A stretch of DNA of 64,000 nucleotides from Candidatus Bipolaricaulota bacterium. GTDB taxonomy: Bacteria > Bipolaricaulota > Bipolaricaulia > RBG-16-55-9 > DRXL01. Made by a program: the position numbers and the translations under genes. Shown one piece after another: positions 38,033 through 48,099 of this stretch (positions are counted from its first letter, which is position 1; the number at the start of each line of letters is the position of its first letter). Below the pieces are notes generated by a model, which ran no database searches, had not been told where the DNA came from, and was given only the letters and a program-made list of their open reading frames with translations. Location of the stretch: the NCBI GenBank assembly GCA_938091745.1, contig CALLJK010000015.1:179-64178 (forward strand). Reading direction: 5' to 3'.

Positions 38033-38959
38033 TCAACTCCGTTTCACAGACTCCTTCAAATGATACCCAAGCTCTTCGACACGCTCAATGACTTTCTGAA
38101 GAGTCTTTTCGCCGAAGCCGTGAATATCTCGCAACTCTTCTTTAGATTTCTGTAGTAAGTCTTTCAGCGTGATGACCCCTTTGGTCTCGAGGAGATTGCA
38201 CGCGCGTTTGTCAAATGCAAGCTCTTCTAAGCGCTTGTTGAGTTCGTCCGGCTCAGCGGGCACCGGCTCTGCTGCCCCCAGGGGCAGCGTGAATAACTCA
38301 AAGTGACTGATGAGAATTTGCGAAGCCTGCTGCACTGCTTCGTCGGGGCGGACACCCCCATTTGTCTCGACTTCTAAGAGCAGACGATCATAGTCGGTGC
38401 GCTCGCCCACGCGCGTCGGCTCCACTTTGAAATTGACGCGCTTGACCGGGGAGAAGTCCGAATCTACAGCGATAATACCTAGGGGCATGTCCCCTTTCTT
38501 GTTGCGCTCCGCCGGCCGATACCCCACCCCCGGCTCCACTTCCATGTCGATAACTAATCGCCCGTTGGCAGCAACCGTGGCAATCACATGGTCGGGGTTC
38601 ATCACTTCCAGGCCCCGGGGCAACTCTAAATCCCCAGCTCGGACTACTCCTTCTCCTTCATGTTGCACGTAGACGTGCTTGGGCTCCCCGTCAGTGATCC
38701 GAAATGCAATCTCTTTGAGATTGAGAATAATCTCTAGAACGCTCTCTTTGACGCCCTCTATAGTATCGTATTCGTGATACTTGCCCTCGAAGCGCACGCG
38801 CGTGACCGCCGCCCCAGCAATAGACGAGAGCAGAACTCGCCGCAAGGCATTCCCCACCGTCGTGCCATAGCCGCGCTCCAACGGTTCCACCACAAAGACC
38901 CCCCGATACGGAGTCAAGCCCTCCACTTTAATCTTCGGCTTTACGAGCTCTGCACGCAT
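38033..38959 (-). CDS. rpoA: RNA polymerase alpha subunit
   Basis: EPLERGYGTTVGNALRRVLLSS, EGVKE and DSDFSPV; alpha-CTD divergent but present. Confidence 0.97.
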   Translation of the reverse strand: MRAELVKPKIKVEGLTPYRGVFVVEPLERGYGTTVGNALRRVLLSSIAGAAVTRVRFEGKYHEYDTIEGVKESVLEIILNLKEIAFRITDGEPKHVYVQHEGEGVVRAGDLELPRGLEVMNPDHVIATVAANGRLVIDMEVEPGVGYRPAERNKKGDMPLGIIAVDSDFSPVKRVNFKVEPTRVGERTDYDRLLLEVETNGGVRPDEAVQQASQILISHFELFTLPLGAAEPVPAEPDELNKRLEELAFDKRACNLLETKGVITLKDLLQKSKEELRDIHGFGEKTLQKVIERVEELGYHLKESVKRS

Positions 38960-38972
38960 AGTCCCCTTTCTC

Positions 38973-39593
38973 TTAGCGGGAGTAGAACTCGACGATGAGC
39001 TGCATCTGGAGCTTGTGCTCCAGCTGATCGACCTTGGGGCGATCTATAACTTGAATACGCCCGTCCACACGCTCCAGCCACGCCGGGACAGTCCCGCGCC
39101 CCTTTGTCTCGAGCAAAGCTTTAATGCCGGGCTTCTGTGCGGCATTGGGCTTGAGTGTGATAATATCCCCTCGTCGGACCAAAAACGACGGGATATTGAC
39201 ACTCCGATCGTTGACCAGAAAATGCCCGTGGGTCACCAATTGTCGCGCCTGATCCCGCGAAGCCGCCAAGCCCGCTCGATAGATCACGTTGTCCAGACGT
39301 CTCTCTAACAGCTCAAGCAAGAAATCGCCGGTGACACCCTTGACGCGCTTGGCCCGCTCCACGTATCTTCTAAATTGCTCCTCGCGCAACCCATAGATTC
39401 TCTTAGCTTTTTGTTTCTCGCGCAAACGAATCCCGTATTGGCTGAGCTTCCCAAACTTGCGTTGGTGCATGCCCGGCGCGTAGGGCCGTCGCTCCACTGG
39501 GCATTTTTCCGTGTAACACTTCTCCCCCTTGAGAAAGAGCTTCTCCCCTTCACGCCGACATAAGCGACACTTCGGTCCCGTATAGCGTCCCAT
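38973..39593 (-). CDS. rpsD: 30S ribosomal protein uS4 (zinc type)
   Basis: [26 protein letters not shown] and LIVEFYSR. Confidence 0.98.
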   Translation of the reverse strand: MGRYTGPKCRLCRREGEKLFLKGEKCYTEKCPVERRPYAPGMHQRKFGKLSQYGIRLREKQKAKRIYGLREEQFRRYVERAKRVKGVTGDFLLELLERRLDNVIYRAGLAASRDQARQLVTHGHFLVNDRSVNIPSFLVRRGDIITLKPNAAQKPGIKALLETKGRGTVPAWLERVDGRIQVIDRPKVDQLEHKLQMQLIVEFYSR

Positions 39594-39603
39594 ACTCCTC
39601 CAT

Positions 39604-39945
39604 TCACCGTTTGTGTTCAGAACTGTGCGATACTGGGGTCACGTTCTTGACGTCCTCTACGCGAATGCCGGAGCCCTTGAGCGTATTGACGACGGAATTG
39701 CGCCCTTGACCTGTGCCGTTAATAGTCACAATCAAGGAGCGCACGCCAAGTTCGCGCATCTTCGCAAGCAGTGACTCACACGCGAGCTGCGCAGCGTACG
39801 GGGTGCCCTTCTTGCTCCCTTTGAAGCCGCGCGTGCCTGGGCTGGCCCACGCCAAGACGTGCCCATCTAAATCTGTCAATGTCAAGATAGTATTATTAAA
39901 AGTCGAGTGCACATGGAGCCGCGCACGATCTACCTTTCGAGCCAT
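39604..39945 (-). CDS. rpsK: 30S ribosomal protein uS11 with shortened C-terminal tail
   Basis: [21 protein letters not shown]; ends [13 protein letters not shown]. Confidence 0.96.
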   Translation of the reverse strand: MARKVDRARLHVHSTFNNTILTLTDLDGHVLAWASPGTRGFKGSKKGTPYAAQLACESLLAKMRELGVRSLIVTINGTGQGRNSVVNTLKGSGIRVEDVKNVTPVSHSSEHKR

Positions 39946-39960
39946 GGTTTCACCTCACCC

Positions 39961-40329
39961 TCACTTGCGCTTGCCGGCCTTGGCCGGGCGCGGGCCCTTC
40001 CACGTCCGAGCGTTACTACGCGTCTTCTGCCCACGCACCGGCAACCCCACCGTATGGCGCACTCCGCGATAACACTTAATGAGCTTCAACCGAGCGATAT
40101 CGTTCTGAACTTTGCGGCGCAGATCGCCTTCAACTTGATACTTCGTCTCGATCTCCTTGCGCAGAGCCGTGATCTCCTGCTCGGTAAGGTCGCGGACTTT
40201 CTTTCCCATATCGACTTGCGTCGCCTGGAGGATACGCTGCGCTAAGGGGCGCCCGATCCCGTAAATATACGTGAGCGCAATATCGATGCGCTTATTGCTT
40301 GGCAAATCGACCCCGGCAATACGAGCCAT
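39961..40329 (-). CDS. rpsM: 30S ribosomal protein uS13
   Basis: [16 protein letters not shown] and [15 protein letters not shown]. Confidence 0.98.
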   Translation of the reverse strand: MARIAGVDLPSNKRIDIALTYIYGIGRPLAQRILQATQVDMGKKVRDLTEQEITALRKEIETKYQVEGDLRRKVQNDIARLKLIKCYRGVRHTVGLPVRGQKTRSNARTWKGPRPAKAGKRK

Positions 40330-40341
40330 CTCATCCCTCCT

Positions 40342-40458
40342 TTAGCATCCCTGCCGCTGCTTGTGCTTGGGATTCTTGCAGATCACCATCACACGCCCGC
40401 GGCGCCGCACAATCTTACACGCATCACAGATCTTTCTCACAGAGCTTCGCACCTTCAT
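40342..40458 (-). CDS. rpmJ: 50S ribosomal protein bL36 (zinc type); below the ORF-track cut-off
   Basis: Hand translation [38 protein letters not shown]. Confidence 0.96.
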   Translation of the reverse strand: MKVRSSVRKICDACKIVRRRGRVMVICKNPKHKQRQGC

Positions 40459-40468
40459 ACGATCACCT

Positions 40469-40684
40469 TCACTCGCGATAGATAATCCTGCCGTGGCTCA
40501 GATCATAGGGTGAAAACTCTACAAGCACCTTATCGCCGGGGAGGATCTTGATATAATTCTTGCGAATCCGCCCGGAGATGTGACAGAATGCTTCCGTGCC
40601 GTCCTCAAACCGCACACGGAACATCGAACCCGGGTACGCCTCAATCACCTCACCACGACGCTTGATAAACTCTCCCTTGCCAAT
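40469..40684 (-). CDS. infA: Translation initiation factor IF-1; in-frame start is ATT (or a 1-nt deletion after an out-of-frame TTG)
   Basis: Hand translation (M)[70 protein letters not shown], in the expected position between map and rpmJ. Confidence 0.93.
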   Translation of the reverse strand: MGKGEFIKRRGEVIEAYPGSMFRVRFEDGTEAFCHISGRIRKNYIKILPGDKVLVEFSPYDLSHGRIIYRE

Positions 40685-40691
40685 AAGCTAA

Positions 40692-41495
40692 TCACCTCGA
40701 TGGCACACGCTCGAAGACCCCGCATCCTAAGAGCTCCGGCAGCTCCTCTGACGCGCGGATCCTCACCATCGCTTCAAAGTGAGCTGCCGCTGTTGCTCCT
40801 GGGGCCACTGCCGTCCAATTATCGTCCTGGACTTCAACTTCAATAAGATCTTTCCCGCTGTTAGCGACCATCGGCTCGATACAGATCACTAATCCGTCTC
40901 GGAGTAAGGGCCCTTGCCCAGGGGAACCGTAATTGGGCACTTGGGGCTCCTCGTGCATCTGGCGGCCGATCCCATGGCCCACAAAATTCGTGACAATCGA
41001 CAGTCCCCGGCTATTGACATAACGCTGAATCGCATAGGCGATATCGCCCACGCGCGCAAGGTGGCGCGCAGCACGGATGCCCTCCCACAGGGCCTCTTGA
41101 GCCGTCTGCACCACCACGAGATCCTCACTCGGGGCGTCTTCTATTATAACCGTTGTGGCCAAGTCTGCACAAAACCCCTGCCGGATCATGCCAATGTCGA
41201 TAGAGAGCACATCTCCGGGCTGGAGAATCCGATCGGCTCGGGGGATGCCATGGACTACCTCGGCGTTCAGCGACGTGCAAATATTTGCGGGATAAATATT
41301 CCTCCCTACCCGATAGCCCTTAAAAGCTGGGCGACCCCCGACTTCAGCGATGAGGCGCCCAGCGAGAGCGTCCAGATAGAGAGTAGAGACGCCCGCCCGC
41401 GCCTCTTCTACTAAGCGCTGCAAGATCTCTTGCAACAGCCGGGCGTTCTCTCGTAAGATCTCGATCTCTGCTGGGCTCTTCAGCTTCATCGCCAT
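40692..41495 (-). CDS. map: Methionine aminopeptidase type I
   Basis: VVHGIP, SIDIG...AD, GHGIG..MHEEP, IEPM and HFE metal ligands. Confidence 0.96.
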   Translation of the reverse strand: MAMKLKSPAEIEILRENARLLQEILQRLVEEARAGVSTLYLDALAGRLIAEVGGRPAFKGYRVGRNIYPANICTSLNAEVVHGIPRADRILQPGDVLSIDIGMIRQGFCADLATTVIIEDAPSEDLVVVQTAQEALWEGIRAARHLARVGDIAYAIQRYVNSRGLSIVTNFVGHGIGRQMHEEPQVPNYGSPGQGPLLRDGLVICIEPMVANSGKDLIEVEVQDDNWTAVAPGATAAAHFEAMVRIRASEELPELLGCGVFERVPSR

Positions 41496-41498
41496 AGA

Positions 41499-42128
41499 TT
41501 ACTCCAACGCTCGTTGAGCTGCTTGATAGACTGATTCGATATCGCCTTGAGCATCGATCTCCCGCAACACATTGCGCTTTCTGTAGAACTCGAGCATCGG
41601 CCCGATCTCACGGGCATACTGCACATCAATCCGTCTCTCAATGACTTCCGGCGTATCATCGGAGCGCTGCACCAAGAGTGTCTTGCACGTATCACACAGA
41701 TTATCGTGCTGAGGCGGGCTCGAGATCAGATTATACACATGCCCGCACTGCGGACAGACCCTTCGAGCGCTGAGCCGCCGAATGATCTCCTCCCGATTAA
41801 GCTGAAAGTGCAAGACCCGGTCAACGGCTGTCACTGTCTCCAAGATCTTAGCTTGGTTGATATTTCTGGGGAAGCCATCCAGCACGAAGCCCGTCACGCC
41901 TTCGATACGCTTGCGGATCATCTCCGCGACAAGCTGATCTGGAACGAGCTCACCACGATCCATAAAGCCCTGCGCTTGTAATCCCAAAGTCGTTCGATTC
42001 TGTACTTCGCTGCGCAACAGATCTCCCGTTGAGATATGTGGGACACCCAGCCACGCGGCCAACCGAACGGCTTGAGTTCCCTTCCCCGATCCCGGGGGTC
42101 CCAACAGCACGATCCGTCGCGCAGTCAT
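41499..42128 (-). CDS. adk: Adenylate kinase with zinc LID
   Basis: GPPGSGKGTQA, HISTGDLLR, LDGFPR and CPQC...CDTC. Confidence 0.97.
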   Translation of the reverse strand: MTARRIVLLGPPGSGKGTQAVRLAAWLGVPHISTGDLLRSEVQNRTTLGLQAQGFMDRGELVPDQLVAEMIRKRIEGVTGFVLDGFPRNINQAKILETVTAVDRVLHFQLNREEIIRRLSARRVCPQCGHVYNLISSPPQHDNLCDTCKTLLVQRSDDTPEVIERRIDVQYAREIGPMLEFYRKRNVLREIDAQGDIESVYQAAQRALE

Positions 42129-42131
42129 AGC

Positions 42132-43811
42132 TCAGATCCGCCGCCCTAGGCCGCCCTTGGCGATCAAGCTCTCGTAGCGACGCTCCACCAGGTGCGCCTC
42201 AATCTGCTTGATCGTGTCGACGCCGACGCCCACGACGATGAGCAACGACGTGCCTCCTAGGAAGAACGTCGTGAGCCCACTAAGGTTGGTGATGATCATG
42301 GGGAGCAGCGCGATAATAATCAAGAAGAGCGCCCCAATGAAGAGCAAGCGGCTCTGCACAGATTCAATAAAATCTGCCGTGGGCTTGCCTGGACGAATCC
42401 CCGGCACGAAGCCGCCCCACTTCCGCAAGTTCTCTGCTAGATCGCGCGGATTAAAGACAATCGCGCTGTAAAAGTACGTAAAGAAGAATATAAGCAACGC
42501 GCTCAAGATCATATAAAGCGTGTGCCCACGCGACAGATCGGTAGAGAGCCAATTCAAGAAATCGCCGAAGACGTTCATCCAGTCACGACTCGAAGCCCGC
42601 ACAAACGTGATGCCACGTACTGTGGCGCTCTGGCCTACCCCGTTGAGCGCTATGAGATTCTCAGCTGTCTCCCCAAGGGAGATCGTCTTCGGGTTATCAG
42701 GGGCTCTGTCGGGTTCGACGGGAATAATAACACGACTACTGTGCGTCTCCGCGGAACCAGCTTGACGGCGATTGAGCGCCTCGGCGATAGCCCGAGCGAC
42801 CTCTTCGCTGCTCTGCTTTTCAGCGAGTGAGATCTGCACTAATTGCCCATCGACCTTGACGAAGAGATCCCCGGCCTGGCTCTCCCCGGAGATCTCCAAC
42901 GCGATGCGTCGCTCGGCTATCATATTCGTGATCACGTTGTTCTGATCAAGGAACTGAAAGATCGTCTGCGGGATAGCGAGCAGCGCGACGGCAAAGATAA
43001 TGGGGATGACGCCGCCTTGATTGACTTGGAGGGGCAAGAAGGTGCTATGGCCGCCGTAGACACGCCCCTTGACCATGCGCTTAGCGTATTGAATATCAAT
43101 GCGCCGTGCCCCAAGCTGGACCGTCACGATGCCTGCTGTGACTATGACATAGATCGCGAGAAGCAATGGCAACCAGAGGGCGTTCATGGGGTTGGGGTTG
43201 CTTGTCACTTCGCCCCAGATCGTGGCGAAATAGCGCGGATAATCTGCTAAGATCCCGATCATGATCAACATCGAGATTCCGCGGCCAATACCGTTCTCCG
43301 TAAGACGCTCACCCAGCCACATCAGAAACATTGTCCCTGTAGTGAGCGTGACAATCGCGATGAACATGAAGCCTAAAAAGCTCTGAGTGGGCTGAACTAA
43401 TCCCTGATTATAGATGAGATAGCTCGTCCCAGCGGCTTGGATGAACGCAAGCCCCACCGTCGCGTAGCGCGTGATTTTGTTAATAACGCGTCGCCCCTCT
43501 TCCCCTTGGTCCTGGAGCTCTTTGAGTTTAGGGATGACCGCGACAAGTAAACTCAAAATAATCGAAGCGTTAATGTACGGGATAACCCCCAAGGCGAAGA
43601 TCGAGAAGCGCTCGAGCGCCCCTCCTGTAAACGCGCTCAAGAACTGCCCTAGCTGCCCTAATTGCTGAATGAAGAGCTTAATCTGGTTGGGATCGACCCC
43701 GGGCACGGGGATCCACGCCCCTAACCGAAAGACGATGATCACCCCGAGGGTAAAGAGAATACGCTTGCGAACCTCGGGGATCCGAAATGCCTCAAATAAC
43801 CCTTCAGTCAT
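42132..43811 (-). CDS. secY: Preprotein translocase SecY with ~120-aa loop insertion
   Basis: FSIFALGVIPYINASII, GVIPIIFA, GGFVPGIRPG and GGTSLLIVVGV; 559 aa. Confidence 0.97.
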   Translation of the reverse strand: MTEGLFEAFRIPEVRKRILFTLGVIIVFRLGAWIPVPGVDPNQIKLFIQQLGQLGQFLSAFTGGALERFSIFALGVIPYINASIILSLLVAVIPKLKELQDQGEEGRRVINKITRYATVGLAFIQAAGTSYLIYNQGLVQPTQSFLGFMFIAIVTLTTGTMFLMWLGERLTENGIGRGISMLIMIGILADYPRYFATIWGEVTSNPNPMNALWLPLLLAIYVIVTAGIVTVQLGARRIDIQYAKRMVKGRVYGGHSTFLPLQVNQGGVIPIIFAVALLAIPQTIFQFLDQNNVITNMIAERRIALEISGESQAGDLFVKVDGQLVQISLAEKQSSEEVARAIAEALNRRQAGSAETHSSRVIIPVEPDRAPDNPKTISLGETAENLIALNGVGQSATVRGITFVRASSRDWMNVFGDFLNWLSTDLSRGHTLYMILSALLIFFFTYFYSAIVFNPRDLAENLRKWGGFVPGIRPGKPTADFIESVQSRLLFIGALFLIIIALLPMIITNLSGLTTFFLGGTSLLIVVGVGVDTIKQIEAHLVERRYESLIAKGGLGRRI

Positions 43812-43814
43812 AGC

Positions 43815-44294
43815 TTACTGGTCACTTCCTGACTGCTCAGGCTCTTCGGGGAGCAGGGCAATCGCTTGCCCCCCTGCAGCCGTAATCTTCTCTTTAGCAC
43901 TCTTGCTGAACTTATGAGCTTTGACGATCAGTCTCTTGGAGAGCGGGCCATCGCCGAGAATCTTCACGCCATTCCTATATTTTTTAATTATCCCATGCTC
44001 TTTGAGGACTTTCGGAGTGATCTCTGCCCCGTCGGGGAAGATTTCGTTCAGTTGGCCGACGTTCACGTAAGCGTAGCTCTTTCGTAAAATATTTTTGAAC
44101 CCGCGCTTGGGCACACGCTTCCATAAGGGGGTTTGCCCGCCCTCGAACGCCGGCGGCATCCGATACCCCGACCGAGCTGTCTGCCCCTTGCCGCCACGAG
44201 TCGAGTATGTGCCATGGCCTGACGCGTTCCCTCGGCCAACCCGCTTGGGTTTCTTCACACTCCCTGGCGTAGGACGCAGATCGCTGAGTCTCAT
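43815..44294 (-). CDS. rplO: 50S ribosomal protein uL15
   Basis: [19 protein letters not shown] and FEGGQTPL. Confidence 0.97.
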   Translation of the reverse strand: MRLSDLRPTPGSVKKPKRVGRGNASGHGTYSTRGGKGQTARSGYRMPPAFEGGQTPLWKRVPKRGFKNILRKSYAYVNVGQLNEIFPDGAEITPKVLKEHGIIKKYRNGVKILGDGPLSKRLIVKAHKFSKSAKEKITAAGGQAIALLPEEPEQSGSDQ

Positions 44295-44803
44295 TGCAAG
44301 ACCTCCTCGGGCTTCTTGTCGCGGAGTCGCGCCACTTCCTCAAGCGTCTTGAGGCGCCTCAGCCCGTCAAGAGTCGCCTTTGCCAACGTTAACGGATTCG
44401 TAGACCCTTGAGCTTTCGTCAGAATATCTTTGATGCCGGCGAGCCGGCAGATCGCCCCGACCGTCCCGCCCGCAATGACCCCAGTGCCGGGGAAGGCTGG
44501 CTTGAGCAAGACCCGCGACGCTTTAAACTCCCCCCAGATCTCGTGAGGGATCGTGCGGTCCTCCACCAGGGGAATCTGAATGATATTGCGCTTGGCGTCG
44601 CGGATCGCTTGCTGAATCGCGGAGGGGACCTCACGAGTGTTCCCCTTGCCCAGGCCGATCCGCCCCTTGCCATCCCCAATGGCGACCACAGCGCGAAAGC
44701 TCAAGTTCTTTCCGCCCTTGGTTACCTTGGCCACGCGTCGCAGATCGATCACTTCGTTCTCGAACTCTTCAGCTCGACGCTCGCCACCACGTGGTCGTGC
44801 CAT
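44291..44803 (-). CDS. rpsE: 30S ribosomal protein uS5
   Basis: RVAKVTKGG and PGTGVIAGG. Confidence 0.97.
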   Translation of the reverse strand: MARPRGGERRAEEFENEVIDLRRVAKVTKGGKNLSFRAVVAIGDGKGRIGLGKGNTREVPSAIQQAIRDAKRNIIQIPLVEDRTIPHEIWGEFKASRVLLKPAFPGTGVIAGGTVGAICRLAGIKDILTKAQGSTNPLTLAKATLDGLRRLKTLEEVARLRDKKPEEVLQ

Positions 44804-44821
44804 ACGTTCTCTGTTCCTCCC

Positions 44822-45181
44822 TTAGAATTGCAGTCCGGCCTTGCGACTGGCTTCAGCAAACGCTTTGATGACCCCATGATACGGATAGCCAGCACGGTCG
44901 AAGACCACCGTCGTGATGCCCTTGGCTAGAGCGCGCTCAGCTAAGATCTTGCCCAAGGCCTCTGCAGACTTGACCGTCCCGCCTTTGAGATTCAAATCTT
45001 TCTCAACAGTGCTCGCAGCAACTAAAGTCCGCCCGACCGTATCGTCGATAACCTGAGCGTGGAGATGCTTTAAGCTCTTATAGACGCACAAGCGCGGACG
45101 CTGCGACGTCCCGAAGATCTTCTTGCGGATCCGTTGATGCCGCCGCTGCCGCCGCTCATTTCGACTGATTACACTTATCAT
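44822..45181 (-). CDS. rplR: 50S ribosomal protein uL18
   Basis: RPRLCVYKS and [12 protein letters not shown]. Confidence 0.96.
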   Translation of the reverse strand: MISVISRNERRQRRHQRIRKKIFGTSQRPRLCVYKSLKHLHAQVIDDTVGRTLVAASTVEKDLNLKGGTVKSAEALGKILAERALAKGITTVVFDRAGYPYHGVIKAFAEASRKAGLQF

Positions 45182-45189
45182 AGAATGCG

Positions 45190-45762
45190 TCACCCGGCCT
45201 TCGCCCCGCCAGCTGCCCCAGCGCTACCAGCCAGCTTGCCTTCCTTGCGCCGGATCTGCTCGTCTTTATAGCGAATCCCTGTGCCTTTGTACGGCTCGGG
45301 CTTGCGCAGACTCCGAATCTCCGCGGCAACTTCCCCTACTAACTGTTTATCCGGGCTGGTGAGAATGATCTCAGTCTGGTCTTTCACTTCAGCCTTGACG
45401 TTGTCCGGGAGCTTATAGATCACTGGATCGTGAAAGCCGATCTCTAAGACTAATTCTTTCCCTTGGAGCTTGGCGCGGTAGCCCAAGCCCACTAACTGTA
45501 ACACCTTCGTATAGGGCTGCTGGACGCCCTTCACCATATTCGCCAACAATGCCCGATACAAGCCGTGCCGCGCCTTAAATTCTTTTTCATCACCCTTGCG
45601 CGTGACAACAAGAGTGCCATCGGTCATCTGTACGCTCACATACTCAGGCTCATAGCGCTGCACGAGCTTGCCAGCTTTGCCCTCGACAATGACGCGATCG
45701 GCTTCGATCGTCACCTTGACGTCTTGAGGAACGGGAATGGGCTGCTTACCAATTCTAGACAT
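45190..45762 (-). CDS. rplF: 50S ribosomal protein uL6
   Basis: MSRIGKQPI and [11 protein letters not shown]; Ala/Gly C-terminal tail. Confidence 0.97.
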   Translation of the reverse strand: MSRIGKQPIPVPQDVKVTIEADRVIVEGKAGKLVQRYEPEYVSVQMTDGTLVVTRKGDEKEFKARHGLYRALLANMVKGVQQPYTKVLQLVGLGYRAKLQGKELVLEIGFHDPVIYKLPDNVKAEVKDQTEIILTSPDKQLVGEVAAEIRSLRKPEPYKGTGIRYKDEQIRRKEGKLAGSAGAAGGAKAG

Positions 45763-45765
45763 AGC

Positions 45766-46158
45766 CTACCACACCTTGCACAGAAGCTCTCCACCCACGC
45801 GCTTTTGGCGCGCCTGCTTGCCAGTCAGAACCCCTTGAGGGGTACTCAAGATAGCCACTCCCAAGCCACTGCGCACCCGAGGGATCTCATGCACCCCTAC
45901 GTAGATGCGCCGCCCTGGCTTGGATACCCGCTCAATCCCCTCGATGACGGGATCCTTGCCCCGCTTCCCTTTGTATTTCAGCATTATTACTAAATCGCGC
46001 TTCTTCTCGCCCTCAACACGATAGTCTTCGATGAAGCCCTCTTCTTTGAGAATTCGGGCGATCTCCGCTTTGATATTCGAATGCGGCACGCGCACCTCAC
46101 GCAGCGCACGGGCATTCGCGTTGCGAATAGCCGTCAGCATATCAGCAATCGTATCCAT
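45766..46158 (-). CDS. rpsH: 30S ribosomal protein uS8
   Basis: DTIADMLTAIRNA, SKPGRRIY and GGELLC. Confidence 0.98.
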   Translation of the reverse strand: MDTIADMLTAIRNANARALREVRVPHSNIKAEIARILKEEGFIEDYRVEGEKKRDLVIMLKYKGKRGKDPVIEGIERVSKPGRRIYVGVHEIPRVRSGLGVAILSTPQGVLTGKQARQKRVGGELLCKVW

Positions 46159-46167
46159 AGGATTCCC

Positions 46168-46353
46168 TCACCAGGTGGCCTTGCGTACTCCGGGCAGCTC
46201 GCCCCGATGCGCCTTGGCGCGGAAACACAAACGACAGAGCCCAAAATCCCGAATGAATCCCCGACGACGCCCACAAATACTACAGCGATTATACCGGCGC
46301 GCCGAGAACTTAGCGGGCTTGGCTAACTTCGCTTTCCATGCCGTCTTCCCCAT
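46168..46353 (-). CDS. rpsZ: 30S ribosomal protein uS14 type Z (zinc)
   Basis: RCSICGR...FGLCRLCFR...GELPGV. Confidence 0.96.
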   Translation of the reverse strand: MGKTAWKAKLAKPAKFSARRYNRCSICGRRRGFIRDFGLCRLCFRAKAHRGELPGVRKATW

Positions 46354-46375
46354 CGAAATACTCCTCCTTCAGATT

Positions 46376-46909
46376 CTAATCTTTAAAAGGCATCCCCAAC
46401 GCCTTGAGCAGATAGTACCCTTCTCTATCGGTCTTCGCCGTAGTCACGATACAGACATCCATACCCTGCACTTTGGCGATCTGGTCATACTTGATCTCCG
46501 GGAAGACCAACTGATCGCTCAAGCCCAGCGAAAAATTCCCGCGGCCGTCGAATGAGTCCGCGCTCACCCCACGAAAATCACGAATCGCGGGGAGCACTAC
46601 CCTGACAAGCTTCTCAAAGAACGCATAAGCCCGCTTCCCCCGCAACGTCACCATGCACCCTACCGGGTCGCCTTTGGTGATCCCAAAGTCAGAGATGCTC
46701 TTCTTCGCCCGGGTGACCACGGGGCGCTGCCCAGTGATCATCATCAGATCCCGCACACACCCCTCAAGTTTTTTGGGGTCGTCTTTCTCTTTAATGCCCA
46801 TATTCACAACGATCTTCTCAATCTTAGGCACTTGCATAATATTCTTATAATTAAGCTCTTTCATGAGCTTGGGCACGATCTCTGTGCGATAGCGTTCGTA
46901 TAACATCAT
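46376..46909 (-). CDS. rplE: 50S ribosomal protein uL5
   Basis: [18 protein letters not shown] and IRDFRG...FDGRGN. Confidence 0.98.
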   Translation of the reverse strand: MMLYERYRTEIVPKLMKELNYKNIMQVPKIEKIVVNMGIKEKDDPKKLEGCVRDLMMITGQRPVVTRAKKSISDFGITKGDPVGCMVTLRGKRAYAFFEKLVRVVLPAIRDFRGVSADSFDGRGNFSLGLSDQLVFPEIKYDQIAKVQGMDVCIVTTAKTDREGYYLLKALGMPFKD

Positions 46910-46924
46910 AATACGGTCACCATA

Positions 46925-47239
46925 CTAATCGAAGGTCTTCTTACACTGCTTGCACTGCCGGAGTTTCTCCCCAGTCTCTGTGATCACGAAGCCGACGCGA
47001 GTCGGTCGGTCGCATTCTGGGCAGATCAACAAGACATCACTGAGATCGAGCGGGCCCTCTTGCTGCACGATCCCGCCCTCACGATGCTTCGCCGAGGGCC
47101 GCAGGTGGCGCGTGATCATGCGCACACCCTTGACGATAATTCTACGCTCTTTGGGGAGGACCTGCAAGACCTCACCCTCCTTGCCCCGGTCGTTGCCCGC
47201 GATCACCCTTACCATGTCACCCTTGCGAATCTTCTGCAT
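46925..47239 (-). CDS. rplX: 50S ribosomal protein uL24
   Basis: IRKGDMVRVIAGNDRGKEG (KOW) and GGIVQQEGP. Confidence 0.96.
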   Translation of the reverse strand: MQKIRKGDMVRVIAGNDRGKEGEVLQVLPKERRIIVKGVRMITRHLRPSAKHREGGIVQQEGPLDLSDVLLICPECDRPTRVGFVITETGEKLRQCKQCKKTFD

Positions 47240-47607
47240 CAGAGCACCTCCGGAGCCAAAGACAGAATCCGTACCATGCCCTTCTCGCGCAGCTCGCGGG
47301 GCACCGGGCCAAAGATGCGCGTTCCCAACGGCTCCTTCGACGCATTAATCAGCACGACCGCGTTATCATCGAAGCGAATATAGCTGCCGTCCTTGCGGCG
47401 ATAGGGCTGGCGCGTGCGCACGATCACGCCCTTGACGACCGCTCCTTTATCGATCTCGCTCGTGGGAATGCGCTTCTGTACGGAAGCCACGACAATATCG
47501 CCGATTTGGCCCCAGGCCCCACTGGGCTGCCCCACGACGTTGATCACGCGGACCTCTTTGACGCCTGAATTGTCCGCGACTTTCAAGATACTCCGAACTT
47601 GGATCAT
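47239..47607 (-). CDS. rplN: 50S ribosomal protein uL14
   Basis: VADNSG, IRFDDNA, RIFGPV and SLAPEVL. Confidence 0.97.
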   Translation of the reverse strand: MIQVRSILKVADNSGVKEVRVINVVGQPSGAWGQIGDIVVASVQKRIPTSEIDKGAVVKGVIVRTRQPYRRKDGSYIRFDDNAVVLINASKEPLGTRIFGPVPRELREKGMVRILSLAPEVL

Positions 47608-47623
47608 CGCCATCGCCTCCTAT

Positions 47624-47881
47624 TTAGCGTTGGCCGGGGCGGGCGCGCTCCAACACTTCGACCAAGCGCCACCGCTTCAGCCGCGATAGCGGCCGCGATT
47701 CCACTATCCGTACAAGATCGCCCTCATGCGCTTGTTCGTGCTCATCGTGCGCGTAGAACTTCTTGCGCTTTATATAATATTTCTTATACAACGGATGCTG
47801 CTCCAGCGTCTCCACCAAGACCGTAATGGTCTTGGCCATCTTGTCGCTGACGACCCGTCCAATCTTCTCTCGCTTCGGCAT
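47624..47881 (-). CDS. rpsQ: 30S ribosomal protein uS17
   Basis: [17 protein letters not shown] and [11 protein letters not shown]. Confidence 0.96.
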   Translation of the reverse strand: MPKREKIGRVVSDKMAKTITVLVETLEQHPLYKKYYIKRKKFYAHDEHEQAHEGDLVRIVESRPLSRLKRWRLVEVLERARPGQR

Positions 47882-47892
47882 AGTCTCCGCCC

Positions 47893-48096
47893 TCACTGTG
47901 CTCTCCGGAGCTGACGCTCTCGTAAGATCGTTTTGACTCGGGCAATCTGACGCTTGAGCTGCCCGATCAACGCTGTATTGTCTTGCTGCCCTGTGGCGAC
48001 ACCAAACCGTACATTAAAGAGCTGGCGCTTGAGCTCGCGCTCCTTCTGCTTGAGCTCCTCATCAGTCAGCTCTCGCAATTTCTCCGGCTTCTCCAT
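47893..48096 (-). CDS. rpmC: 50S ribosomal protein uL29
   Basis: LRELTDEEL...LFNVRF...[10 protein letters not shown]. Confidence 0.95.
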   Translation of the reverse strand: MEKPEKLRELTDEELKQKERELKRQLFNVRFGVATGQQDNTALIGQLKRQIARVKTILRERQLRRAQ

Positions 48097-48099
48097 AGT

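Noticed and set aside
40342-40347. Extra C-terminal Cys on bL36
   Set aside because: It is a one-residue extension with the zinc ligands otherwise normal, too little to support a claim.
40565-40578. Apparent frameshift in the HISG-RIRK part of infA
   Set aside because: On re-reading, the minus strand is TCC GGG CGG ATT, which is in frame. Only the start codon is anomalous.
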